From an uncultured Actinomycetes bacterium (GTDB taxonomy: Bacteria; Actinomycetota; Acidimicrobiia; IMCC26256; JACDBD01): a stretch of 64,000 nucleotides of DNA. The position numbers and the translations under genes were made by a program. This document shows, in pieces, positions 30,759-41,924 of the stretch. The notes beneath the pieces were generated by a model. It had not been told where the DNA came from. It saw nothing but the letters and a program-made list of their open reading frames with translations, and searched no databases. How positions within the stretch are numbered: the stretch's first letter is position 1; every line of letters starts with the position of its first letter. The stretch lies in the NCBI GenBank assembly GCA_963737605.1, contig CAVTTE010000013.1:75282-139281 (forward strand), given 5' to 3'.

Positions 30759-32015
30759 CTAGCCGATCACGCCTTCGGCGCGGAGGTCGGCGAGCTCGGC
30801 GTCGGAGAGGCCGAGCTCCTCGTGCAGCACCTCGTCGGTGTGCTCGCCGACCCACGGCACGCGCGTCTCGGGGCCGTCGGCCATCTTCGACATCTTCACC
30901 GGGTTGCCGGGGATGAGCACCGGGTCGTCGACGTCGTCGGTGCGGGGCATCTCGACGAGCATGTTGCGCGCCGCGACGTGCGGGTCGGCGATGACGTCGG
31001 CGGCGGTGTTGCACGGCCCGGCGGCGACGCCGGCCGCGCTCAGCTCGTGGCAGGCGTCGAGCTTCGTCTTCGTCGCCGCCCACTCCTCGATCGCCGGGCC
31101 GGATCACGTCCTCGAGGTGCTCGCGCCAGCCCTGGCGGGTGGCGAAGCGCGGGTCGCTCGACCCACTCCGGATGGCCGACGAGCGTCGGCGAGGCGCTCG
31201 AACTGGTGCTCACGGCCGACCTGCATGATGAACCAGCCGTCGGACGCGCGGAACCCGTCCATGATCAGCAGCGGGCCCGGGGCCGCCCGGGCGCAGCGCC
31301 CATCGACCAGAAGTTCGTGACGAGGTCGGTCATCGAGACCATGGCGTCGAACATGGCGACGTCGACGTACTGCCCTCGCCGGTGCTGGTCGCGATGGCGG
31401 AGCGCGGCGAGCACGCCGATGACGCCGAACATCGACGTGCCGATGTCGCCGAGCGCGCCGACGGGCGCGGGGATCGGCGGCTGGTCCGCGCGGCCGCTTG
31501 TACTCGTAGATGCCCGACATGGCCTCGACGATCGGCGCGTACGCCGGCCACCGTCGTACGGGGTCTCGACGGTGTTGCCGAAGCCCGAGATCGACAGGTA
31601 GATCGACCGCGGGTGCACGGCGGCGACGTCGTCGTAGCCGAGCCCGAGGCGCGCCATCGCGCCGGCCTTGAAGTTCTCGGCCACCACGTCGAAATGCGGC
31701 GCCAGGCTGCAGGAACAGCTCGCGGCCCTCGGGCGCTCTTGAGGTCGAGGCCGACGCTGCGCTTGCCGAGGTTGTTGCGCAGGAACGTCGCGCCCACGCG
31801 CCGGCCCTGCGGGTCGTCCATCGCCGGCAGCGAGCCACGGCCCGACTCCCCGTGGACGGGATGCTCGACCTTCACCACCTCGGCGCCGAGGCGGGTCGAG
31901 CAGCTGGGTGGCGAACGGGAGCGCCTGCATCTGCTCGGCGGCGAGGACGCGGACACCGTCGAGGGGCTTGCCGTACCGCTGGGCGTCGGCGTTCGCCGAC
32001 GTCGCCGAGCTTCAT
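30759..32015 (-). CDS. CaiB/BaiF class III CoA transferase (frameshifted)
   Basis: KPLDGVRVLAAEQMQALP, NNLGKRSVGLDLK, DVVAENFKAG, ISGFG, VPWVGEHTDEVL. Confidence 0.9.
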
Positions 32016-32024
32016 GAGCTCACT

Positions 32025-32361
32025 CTAGGAGCGCTGGACGAACGACAGGGTGTGGCCGTCGGGATCGTGCAGGTACGCGTGGCGGCGGCCCCACGCCATG
32101 TCCGTGGGCGGGAAGTCGAACTCAATCCCCGCGTCAGATAGCTGGTCGTAGTAGCCGTCGAGATCGGGTACCTCGAAGTAGAGGTTGATACCCGGTGTGT
32201 CGACTGAGCCGTCGTCCGGGCACGGGATGTAGCAGAAGGTGACCGCCGCCCGGCGCCCCCATGCGTGCGAGGCCCTGGTCGTCCCGCACCAGCTCGAACC
32301 CGCACGTCGTATAGAAGGACACCGCCTGGGGCAGCGACGACACATACAGCATCGCCGACAT
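32025..32361 (-). CDS. VOC family protein (frameshifted)
   Basis: LYFEVPDLD...PPTDMAWGRRHAYLHDPDGHTLSF. Confidence 0.8.
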
Positions 32362-32429
32362 CAACTCGGGCGGCCGTCTCGTGTCTTTTCTCGTTCGCGG
32401 CACATCTCGATCAGTTCCTTCGGCATGGT

Positions 32430-32707
32430 TCACGGATAGGACGAGCTCCAGCACACGAGTCGGCGACCTCGGGCCGCACCCGGTAGTATCCGCTCGTGGC
32501 CCTGCTTCTCCACGCTGACGAGCCCGGCGTCGTGCAGCACCGTGAGGTGGCGGGTACGTGGTCGACCACGCGGTCCAGCACCGGCGCCCGCGATCTCGCC
32601 CGACGTCATCGACCCGCCGCCGAGGCCCGTCGAGCACGGCCAGGATGAGCCGCCGGCCCACGTGGGCGAGGGCGCCGAGCACTTCGTCGGTCAGGTCCTA
32701 GGGCCAC
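32430..32707 (-). CDS. ArsR family regulator (heavily frameshifted)
   Basis: LGALAHVGRRLILAVL; MTSGEIA; HLTVLHDAGLVSVEKQG. Confidence 0.6.
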
Positions 32708-32818
32708 GAAATACTACCTCGCCGTAAAAATAGATTGATTCGCCGACCGTGCAATCATGATAATTAGCCGATCGTGCAAGAAAGTCAAGCGCCGGCTTCC
32801 TCGTACACTGCCAAGCCC

Positions 32819-34228
32819 ATGCGAGGGATCGTCAGCGCCGGCGGCTACGTGCCCGTACCGCCGCCTTCAGCGGTCGGCCATCGCCGACGACGTTCGGCAG
32901 CGGCGGCGGCAAGGGCACGCGGGCGGTCGCCTCCTACGACGAGGACACCACGACGATGGGCGTCGAGGCCGCCCGGCTCGCGCTGCGCGCGCGCCGGCGG
33001 CGACCAGCCGACGCGCTCTGGTTCGCCACCGCGAACCCGGCCTACCTCGACAAGACCAACGCCACCGCGATCCACGCCGCGCTCCGGCTCGACACCGACG
33101 CTCCGCGCGATGGACGTCGGCGGCGCGGTCCGCTCGGGCGTCGGCGCGCTGCGCGCCGCGCTCGACGGCCGCGGCCCGCGCTCGTCGTCGCCGCCGACAT
33201 GCGCACCGGTCTGCCGACGAGCGCCGACGAGGCGGCAGGGCGGCGACGGCGCGGCCGCCGTCCTCGTCGGCGACGACGCCGACGGCCCGGTGATCGCCGA
33301 GCTACCTCGGCGCGGCGTCGGCCACCGAGGAGTTCCTCGACCGCTGGCGCACGCCGGGCGACGCCGCTCGAAGCAGTGGGAGGAGCGGTTCGGCGAGACC
33401 AAGTACATCCCGCTCGGCGAGCAGGCGTGGAACGCGGCGCTCAAGGCCGCCGAGCTCACGCCCGACGCAGGTCGACCGCTCGATCGTCACCGGCCCGCAC
33501 GCGCGGGCCGTCCGCGCGCTCGCCCGCCGGCTCGGCGTCGCCAAGGAGCGTCGTCGACGACCTCGCCGCACGGTCGGCAACACCGGCACCGCCCACCCCG
33601 CGCTGCTGCTCGCCGACGCGCTCGAGACGGCCGAGCCGGGCCAGGTCATCGCGCTGGTCGTCGCTGGCCGACGGCGCCGACGTGCTGCTGTTCCGCACGA
33701 CCGACGCCATCGCGTCCTACACGCCGGCCCGCCCGGTGGCGGCCAGATCGAGCCGGCGGCGACGCTCCCCTACGGCAAGTTCCTCACCTGGCGCAGGGTC
33801 GATCACCCTCGAGCCGCCGCGCCGGCCCGAGCCCGATCGCATCTCGGCCTCGGCCGCCGGCCGCACCGAGGACTGGAAGTACGGCTTCGTCGGTTCGCGC
33901 GACCGCGTCGACGCGGCGCGCTGCACCTGCCGCCCGCGCGGGTCTCGCATGATGGGCGGCGCGGTCGACGACATGGAGCCGTGCCGATGGCCGACGTGCC
34001 GGCACGGTCGCCACGTACACGGTCGACCGCCTGGCGTACTCGCCGAGCCCGCCGATCGTCGTCGCGGTCGTCGACTTCGACGGCGGCGGCCGCCTCCCGG
34101 TCGAGCTGACCGACGTCGACGCCGACGAGGTCAAGATCGGCGACCGGGTCGAGATGACGTTCCGCCGGCTGTTCACCGCCGACGGCATCCACAACTACTT
34201 CTGGAAGGCCCGGCCCGTCCGGGCCTGA
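32819..34228 (+). CDS. HMG-CoA synthase/KAS III-like domain fused to DUF35 OB-fold (heavily frameshifted)
   Basis: MRGIVSAGGYVP, DEDTTTMGVEAAR, GDGAAAVLVG, VGNTGTAH, YTVDRLAYSPSPP, MTFRRL...HNYFWKARP. Confidence 0.8.
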
Positions 34229-34246
34229 CCCGTCAGGGAGAAACAC

Positions 34247-35428
34247 ATGGGCATCGCACGGCATCAAGGACCAGGTCGCCATCGTCGGGATGGGCTGCAC
34301 GCAGTTCGGCGAGCACTGGGACAAGAGCACCGACGACCTGCTCATCGAGGCGTCGCACCAGGCTTCGAGTCGGCCGGCGTCGACCAAGGACGACGTCGAC
34401 GCCTACTGGCTCGGCACCGCGAAGTCGGGCATGAGCCGGCATCACGCTGGCCCGCCCGCTGCAGCTACGGCAAGCCCGTCACCCGGGTCGAGAACTACTG
34501 CGCCACCGGCTCCGAGGCGCTGCGCAGCGCCGCCTACGCGGTGGCTCCGGCGCCTACGACATGGCGATGGCCGTCGGCGTCGAGAAGGTGAAGGACAGCG
34601 GCTGCCAGGGCCTCGCGCCGGCCGCCCAACGACGGCACCGCCCGCACGCTCACCGCGGCGGCGATGTTCTCGATGCGCGCCGGCCTACGCCAAGAAGTAC
34701 GGCGTCGACGACGACGAGATGCGCGAGGTGCTGGCCCGCATCGCGTGGAAGAACCACTACAACGGCGCCCGCAACCCCCGGGCGCAGTTCCGAAGGAGGT
34801 GACCAGGAGACGATCTGCAACGTCGCCGCTCATCGCCGGCCGTCTGCGGTGTGTTCGACTGCGCGGGCGTGGCCGACGGAGCGGCCGCGGCGATCGTCTG
34901 CGGGCCGAGGACGCGCACCGGTACACCGACAAGCCGCTCTACATCAAGGCGCTGTCGTTCGTGGCCGGGCAACGGCAGCGGCAACCTCGACCCCGACTAC
35001 GACTACACGACCTTCCCCGAGATCGATGCGGCCGGCCGCCGACGCCTACCCGCAGGCCGGCGTCACCGACCCGCGCCGCGAGATCGCCATGGCCGAGGTG
35101 CACGACTGCTTCACGCCCACCGAGCTGGTCCTCATGGAGGACCTCGGCTTCGCCGAGCGGGGCACGGCCTGGAAGGAGGTGCTGGCCGGCACGTTCGACC
35201 TCGACGGCGAGATGCCCGTCAACCCCGACGGCGGGCTCAAGAGCTTCGGCCACCCGATCGGCGCATCGGGCCTGCGCATGATGTTCGAGTACTGGCTCCA
35301 GCTGCGGGGCGAGGCGCCCGAGGAGCGCCAGATCGACAACCGACCGCAGCTCGGCCTGGCCCACAACCTGGGCGGCTACCCCGGCGAGATGGTGTCGTTC
35401 GTCGATCGTCGGCGCCGAGCTCGGCTGA
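34247..35428 (+). CDS. Acetyl-CoA acetyltransferase (SCP2-type thiolase; frameshifted)
   Basis: GMGCTQFGEHW, VENYCATGSEA, EVHDCFT, KSFGHPIGASG, HNLGG. Confidence 0.88.
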
Positions 35429-35432
35429 CCTG

Positions 35433-35621
35433 ATGACGGACCGAGAGCAGGACCGCGACCAGGACCGCGAGCACGTCAGCGAAGAAGAAGCCGAGGAGCT
35501 CGAAGAAGAAGCGGCCGAGCGCAATCCCGATCCTCAGACTCGCCGGGAAGCGCTCGAGCTGGAGCTGATGGAAGAGGGCCGCTCCGAGGCGGGCGAGGAC
35601 GTCGGCGACGAGATCGACTAG
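35433..35621 (+). CDS. Small highly acidic hypothetical protein (62 aa)
   Basis: MTDREQDRDQDREHVSEEEAEELEEEAAERNPDPQTRREALELELMEEGRSEAGEDVGDEID; GC3-rich codons. Confidence 0.55.
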   Translation: MTDREQDRDQDREHVSEEEAEELEEEAAERNPDPQTRREALELELMEEGRSEAGEDVGDEID

Positions 35622-36398
35622 CCGGCAAGTGGGTGCTGCTCGAGGAACGTCAGCACCGTGCGCAGGAAGTCGTCCGTGCGCTCGAACATCAAGCCGTGAC
35701 TCGCACCCGTGCCCGTCATCAGTTCGAAGGTCGCGCCGGAGATCCGTTCGGCGACGGCCCGGCCATGGCGCGGCGGCGTGACGATGTCCTGCTCGCCCGT
35801 GAGCGCCAGCGTCGGCACCGCGACGGCGTCGACGCGGTCGAGACTGTCGAAGTCGAGGTCGGCTTGCCATTGCTCGGCGACGGTGCGGATCTGCTCGGGT
35901 GTCGCGGGGGTTAGCGGCGCCGTCCAGGCCAGGAACTGCTCGAACTCGGGGGACGCCAGGAACTCGGCCGAGTAGACGACACCGAGCGTCATGAGCGCGG
36001 TCGCGAGATCGCCCGTTTCCCATGGGTACTTCAGTGCGGTCATTAGAGCGCTCATGACACCGTCGACCCGGCCCCACGTGCCGTAGTAGAATGAAGCCGA
36101 CGCGACGGTGCTCAGGGCGCGCCAGCGCGAGCCCCTTGGGGCGACGAGGCTGCCCAATGACGAACAGCCGAGGACGTGGGCGCATGGATCGAAAAGCGCC
36201 TGGAGCAGCGCGCGGCGGCCGGTGAGGGCGGACCCCCATCGGCGCGGCGCCGCGTGCTCGGAGTCGCCTCAGCCCGCGGTAGTCGAAGTTGACGACCTCG
36301 TAGTGATCGGCGAGGGTCGTCTCCACCGGCATCCACGTCCCGAGCGACGCCGCGGTGCCCATCAAGAGGAGCAGCGCCGCCGCTCCGATCCGCGGTAG
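35618..36398 (-). CDS. Alpha/beta hydrolase (frameshifted; start approximate)
   Basis: LLLMGTAASLGTW, FDYRG, VPTLALTGEQDIVTPP, ASHGLMFE. Confidence 0.75.
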
Positions 36399-37375
36399 TC
36401 AGGCGGGCGCGGGAATCCAGGTCGATCAGCTCGTCGACCACTGTCTCGGTCGGGTCGTCGGCGCCGAGGAGCTGTCGAGCTCGGCCGGTCCGCCTCCGAC
36501 ACGCCATTCCACCGCGGCGACGTTGGCGGCCACCTGATCGGCCGTTGTCGCCCCGGCGATGATCGACGTCATCGTCGGCTGCGCGGTCAGCCACGCGAAC
36601 GCGAGCTCGAGGATCGTGTGAACACGCCGCTGCGAACACGCTGAGCTCGTCGACCTGGTCGAAGTTCGGGTCCGACATGACGCGCGCGGCGCGTTCCTCG
36701 GGGAGCTGCGACAGCTGCGTGTCCTCGGGCGCGGGCGCGCCCCGCCGGTATTTCCCGGTGAGGAGTCCGCTCGCCAGCGGAAGTAGGGCAGGACAGCGAG
36801 GCCGTCCCGAACCAGGCCGGAACGACGTCCTGCAATGGCTCCCGGTGCAGCAGGTTGAAGTGGTTCTGCGCGCTCACGAACCGGGCGAGGCCCTGACGCT
36901 CCGAGACTGATTCGGCCTCGTCGATCTGCTCACCAGAAGTGAGTTGCCGATCTCGCGCACCTTCCCGTCGCGCACCAACCGATCGAGGCGGTGAGCGTCT
37001 CCCCGATCGGCACGTTGGGATCGGGCCCGTGCTGCTGGTACAGGTCGATGCGGTCGGTGCCAGACGCCGCAGGCTGCCTTCGACCGCGTCGGCGACCAGC
37101 GCGCGCTGGCGCCGGCGTGGCTCGGGTCGTCGTCGATCGGGCGACGAACTTGGTGGCGATGACCGCCTCGTCGCGCCGGCCGGCGAGCGCGCGGCCAAGG
37201 TACTGCTCCGAGCGCGTGCCGCCGTAGACGTCCGCGGTGTCGAAGAGGTCCATGCCGGCGTCGAGGGCGGCGCGAACGACGGCGGCGCTGCGCTCCTCGT
37301 CGATACGCATCCCGAAGTTGTTGCACCCCAGCCCGACCAGCGTGACCTCGAGCGACCCGAGCTGCGCATCTCCAT
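36399..37375 (-). CDS. Aldo/keto reductase (frameshifted)
   Basis: VGLGCNNFG, FDTADVYG, IATKF, DRIDLYQQH, GKVREIG, QNHFNLL. Confidence 0.88.
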
Positions 37376-37454
37376 CCGCGGGAGCTACGCAGTGGACAGA
37401 TGCTGAACGCTGGTCAGGATCTGACACGCAGCAGCGGAACGGGATCGGGGGCTC

Positions 37455-38063
37455 GTGCCAGCGGTGAGGGAGCGGACGCGGCGCACGCAGGCGGAGCGGC
37501 GGCGGCCTCGGAGGACGACTCCTCGAAGCAGCTGCCACGCTCGTCGCGCCGCGGCACCGCCCGCGCCAGTTCACCGACATCGCCGCCACCGCCGGATGCG
37601 GCCGGGTTGCCGACGACCTCTTCGGCTCGAAGGAGGCTACTCCTCGCGCTGGCGGACTTCCTCGTGGATCGGTTCCGCACCCGACTGTTCGAGCGCGCGC
37701 TCGAGCAACGCCAAGGCCTGCCCGCGCTGCTCATCTGGCTGCGGGTCTACGTCGACAGCCTGCGCGGCCCGAGCTCCAGGTCCACGCCGCGTCGTGCTCC
37801 TCGGCGAAGCCCTCGGTTCGGAGCCGCGTCCTCCCGCGATCAACCGGCTGCACCGAACGTCCGCTCGATGGTCGAGCACTACCTGCGCGACGGCATCGAG
37901 CACGGTGGGGTCAGGCGCGACGTCGACCCCGCGGCGCAAGCGGCGCTGCTGATCGGCACGCTCGGGGCATCTCGCTGCTCGCCGTGACCGATCCCGACTC
38001 GCTCGATCTCGACGCGCTCGCCCGCCGAGCTCGTGCCGCGACGGAACGTCCCTGCATGCCTAG
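37455..38063 (+). CDS. TetR family regulator (heavily frameshifted)
   Basis: RRTQAERR, LLEAAATL, FTDIA, LFGSK, GIEHGGVRRDVDPAAQA. Confidence 0.65.
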
Positions 38064-38091
38064 CCGGCGAGCCGCCGCCGAGGAGACGCAC

Positions 38092-38834
38092 ATGGAGCAC
38101 GTCCGCTCATTCAACGGGACGCGCATGCATACGCCGTGCAGGGCTCCGGACCGGCAGTGCTCTTGCTGCACGGCTTCGCCGCCGACCACGTGCTCAATTG
38201 GGCTCGTCCGGGCGTCATCGACGCGCTGACCGGCACGGCGGAGCGCGTAGTGCGCGACCGACGCCCGGGGTCATGGTGCGTCAGACAAGCCGCACGATCC
38301 CCACGGTACAGCGGCGACGCCATGGTGCACGACGCGCAGGCGGTCCTCGATCACCTCGGCGTCGAGCAGGTCGACGTGGTCGGCTGCTCGATGGGCTCGA
38401 TGGTCGCAGCCCGGCTGGTTCCCGACGAGCCCGCACCACGCTCTCGTGCTCGGCGGCGTGGAGCGAGGGTGGTGCGCCGCGAACAGCGGCCGCGGGCCCG
38501 AGGCCATCGCGCCGCGCTCCTGGCGGACGACCCGGCGTCGATCGAGAACGTCGCCGGAAGGCGTTCCGAGTTCGCCGATTTCACGGGCGCCGACCGTCTT
38601 GCGCTAGCAGCGGTGACCGTCCGACGCGCTGCGATGTTGGGTCGCTGGACGCGATCACGGTGCCGACGTCGTCGTGACAGGCGAGGACGACAGGCTCATC
38701 CGGTCGCCGAGCGAGCTCGCCGAGCGACTGCCGTCCGGCCGGTCAGTGACGGTGGCGGGCGACCACCTGGGCGCTCCGTCGACCCCGCGTTTGCTCGAGC
38801 GATCGTCGAATTCCTCGAGGAGGAACACGAATGA
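38092..38834 (+). CDS. Alpha/beta hydrolase (frameshifted)
   Basis: GSGPAVLLLHGF, VVGCSMG, VVTGEDD, GDHL. Confidence 0.75.
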
Positions 38835-40205
38835 CCGCGACCGCCGAAGGCTCCTGTTGATCGTCGCGGCGGTAGTGCTGGCTGCAGCGACACGCGCGCC
38901 GTTCGCGAACGCGGCCAGACGAGCAGAAGATCGACGTCGAGTTCGAGCAGCTCCGGCTTCACCACGCCGGGAACGCCCGCCAGAGTCCGACAAGATCAGC
39001 ATCATCGGACCAGCCACGACGCCGAGAACGTCCTCGTCCTCGTGCCCGGTACCTCCCGAGCGGCCTCTTCGAGCCCTGGCGAAGGACATCGTCCGTAAGT
39101 CGAAGGGCTGGCAGGTACAGGCGATCGAGCGCCGGGAGAGCTTCCTCGAGGACCACTCGGTGCTGAACCAGGCCAAGAAGGGCAAGGCCATTCCGCGGCG
39201 GCTGCTCACTCCTACCTCAGCTTCATCACCGACCCCAGCATCACGAAGCACTTCCAATTCGTCCCGGACGCCGACGTCGCGTTCGCGCGCGACTGGGGCA
39301 TGAACATCAAGGTCGAGGACATGCAGCGCGTCGTCGAAGCGGCCAAGAAGGAAGGCGGCAAGGTCGTGCTCGCGGCCACTGGCTCGAGGGTCGATGACGA
39401 CCGCGTATGCCACCTGGGACTTCAACGGGAAGCCGGCGCGAACGACCTCTCGGGGCTCGTGTTCATCGACGGGGCAGCAGCCCCACGCCGTCGAGCCCCG
39501 ACCAGGCGAACATGCAGCTGCAGCGCTCCAGAGGCTCCCGTGGCTCACGTTCGGCGGCATCCCCGCGCCGTACGCCGGCTTGTTCAACGCGACGGGCTCG
39601 ACCGGCGTGAAGATCGCGCCCGACAACCCCTCCCTCGGCTATGCGTGGCCGCGCTGCCCGCCAACCTGAAGCCGCCGGTGGCGCCGACGAACGAGGGGCA
39701 ATACGGGTACGCCCTCGACGTCAAGACGTCACCGATGGGCCTGCGCGCCGCCCAGGCGCACCTCGGCCAGCTCAAGGAGAGCGGTGATCCACGCGGTTGG
39801 GACGGCGCGGCGCGCTCACGCCGATCATGCGCTACGCCGAGATGTTCTCGGGATCGGGTCTCCAGAGCCGCGACGGCACCACGTGGTACCACCCGCAGCG
39901 CTTGACGATCGACTCGGGTGCCGTGGCAGAAGGAAACGCGAACGACACGCAGAGCATCCTGGACATGCACACGACGCACGGGCGGGATCTGCCGAAGCGG
40001 CTCCGGATGTACGCCTTCGGCGCCGCCCTCGGGGGCAGCGCATCCTCGACGGCGCGACGATCCTCGCCGATCAGTCCGGCATCCCGCACGACCAGCTCGT
40101 CCTGGTGAACGGCGAGGCGGACTATGCGCACAACGACCCTGCCGGCGCGAGCCCGAACGACGAGTTCCTCCGGAACCTCACGCCGTTCCTGAACAGATCG
40201 GTTAG
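38831..40205 (+). CDS. Secreted hypothetical protein, probably alpha/beta hydrolase fold (heavily frameshifted)
   Basis: Hydrophobic N-terminus; NVLVLVPGT, DMQRVVEAAKKEGGKVVL, LSGLVFIDG, WYHPQRLTID, YAHNDP. Confidence 0.55.
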
Positions 40206-40771
40206 GAGCGGGCGCGCCTCTATCGAGTGCCGGGATGGCAGCGAGCCGCGCTTCGAGGTTTGCGATGAGCGCCTGCGTCCGCTCGTAGGCGCGAGCACTC
40301 GGGAGCAGATTCGATCCGCGGTAGGCGAAGGTGCCGCACTGCCGGCGGTCCAGCCGGCAAACCCGACCGCGGGGCACGCGTAGAGGTTCAGCACCCCGAT
40401 GTGCTCGCCGTGCGCAACGAGCGGGAGGGCCACGCAGGCGATCAGCCCGACACGGCGGGCCGACGAACCAAACCTCGGCCATCGCTCGTCAGATGTGACC
40501 GGCTCGAGGTCGTGGCGCAGGCCGTCGCGCAGGCACTCGACGCACGGGCCGTCATCGAGCTCGTCCTGGAGGGCGTCGAGGTCGAAGCTGCGGAGTCCGT
40601 CGTCCGACGAGCGCCGGCACCGCCATCGTCGAGCACCTGGATGCCGACCCCGTCGCATTGACCGAGCGAGCTACGAGCGAGATCGACGACATCCTGGGCG
40701 GTGCCACCGAGGGGCTGTTCGAACACGAGGATCTCGGAGAGCCGGGCGAGCCCCACCGCATCCTCGGGCAT
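40202..40771 (-). CDS. GAF-domain protein of the GAF-ANTAR type, no complete ANTAR (frameshifted)
   Basis: LDALQDELDDGPCVECLRDG, RWPRF, ALPLVAHGEHIGVLNLYA. Confidence 0.65.
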
Positions 40772-41010
40772 CACCCGCCGAGAATATCGTCTGGAGACTC
40801 CACGACGGCCTTGGCGAGGTCGCGCAGCTTGATGTTGCGGTGTTGGGAGAGGTCGCGGAGGGGTTCGAACGCTTCATCGGGGCGACAGTGCTCGCGCGTC
40901 TGGATGATGCCCTTGGCTTGGCCGATCACGTCGCGCGACTGAAGGGCCTCCTGCAGCTGCTCGATGACCGCGTGCGCCTTCGCGTAGGCGCGAGCGTTCG
41001 TCTCAGCTGC
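40771..41010 (-). CDS. ANTAR domain (no clear start codon; possibly 5'-truncated)
   Basis: QLQEALQSRDVIGQAKGIIQTREHCRPDEAFEPLRDLSQHRNIKLRDLAKAVV. Confidence 0.7.
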   Translation of the reverse strand, partial: AAETNARAYAKAHAVIEQLQEALQSRDVIGQAKGIIQTREHCRPDEAFEPLRDLSQHRNIKLRDLAKAVVESPDDILGG

Positions 41011-41893
41011 CGCTCTCGGAAAAGGGTTCTCTGCCCATCTGCTCGCGCACGGTTGTGACGGGCGGGTTGGTGAGCGTTCGGCGCTGCCAGTTCGCGCCGT
41101 CGACGACCAGTGTGTGCCCGGAGATGAACCGGCCGTACGGCGACGCGAGAAACGTCGCCGCCCATCCGAGCTCCTGACGCCGGCCCACGCGCATCGCCGG
41201 CTGGCACGGGTCCTTGTCACTCGTGCGATCGAGGTTGTCGCGGATGTCCGCCGTCATGTCCTCGTGTGGGAAGAGCCCGGGCACGAGCGCGTTGACCTGG
41301 ATCCCGTAGGGGCCCCACTCGACGGCAAGCGACTCGGTGAGGTTCTTCACGCCCGCCTTGGCTGCCGCCGAATGGACGAAGCCCGGGCCACCCGTCCAGG
41401 CGTAGGACGCGCCGACGTTCACGATCGACCCGGGCGACCCGGCCGCGAGGTGCCGGCGGGCGAACTCGCGCGCGCACAGGAACGTCCCGTTGAGGGTGAT
41501 GTCGACGACGGTGCGCCACACGTTCGGCGACATGTCCTCGGCCGGGACGGGAAAGTTGGCGGCGGCGTTGTTGATCAGCACGTCCGGCAGCCCTAGCTCT
41601 GCCTGCGCGGCGTCGAACGCAGCGGCGATCTCTTCCGGCTGACGGATGTCGCATTGCACCGTCAACACCGCGGCGCCGAGCGCCTCGATCGTCTCTCGCC
41701 CGGCGGCGAGGTGCTCCTCCTTGCGGCTCGCGATCACGATCGCCGCGCCGAGCCGGGCGAACTCGGTCGCAATGGCCTTGCCCAGGCCGGTGCCGCCTCC
41801 GGTGACGAGCACGCCCACGCCGTCGAACGTGCCGGCCGGGAGCGCCGACTCACCGACCGGCGGCGGCTCGGACAAGCCGATTAACTCCGTCAC
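41003..41893 (-). CDS. SDR, 2,4-dienoyl-CoA reductase-like
   Basis: TGGGTGLG, NNAAANF, HSAAAKAGV, LAVEWGPYGIQVN. Confidence 0.9.
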   Translation of the reverse strand: MTELIGLSEPPPVGESALPAGTFDGVGVLVTGGGTGLGKAIATEFARLGAAIVIASRKEEHLAAGRETIEALGAAVLTVQCDIRQPEEIAAAFDAAQAELGLPDVLINNAAANFPVPAEDMSPNVWRTVVDITLNGTFLCAREFARRHLAAGSPGSIVNVGASYAWTGGPGFVHSAAAKAGVKNLTESLAVEWGPYGIQVNALVPGLFPHEDMTADIRDNLDRTSDKDPCQPAMRVGRRQELGWAATFLASPYGRFISGHTLVVDGANWQRRTLTNPPVTTVREQMGREPFSESGS

Positions 41894-41924
41894 CGTGTCC
41901 CCCTTCTTTCGGCGCGCTCGCCCG

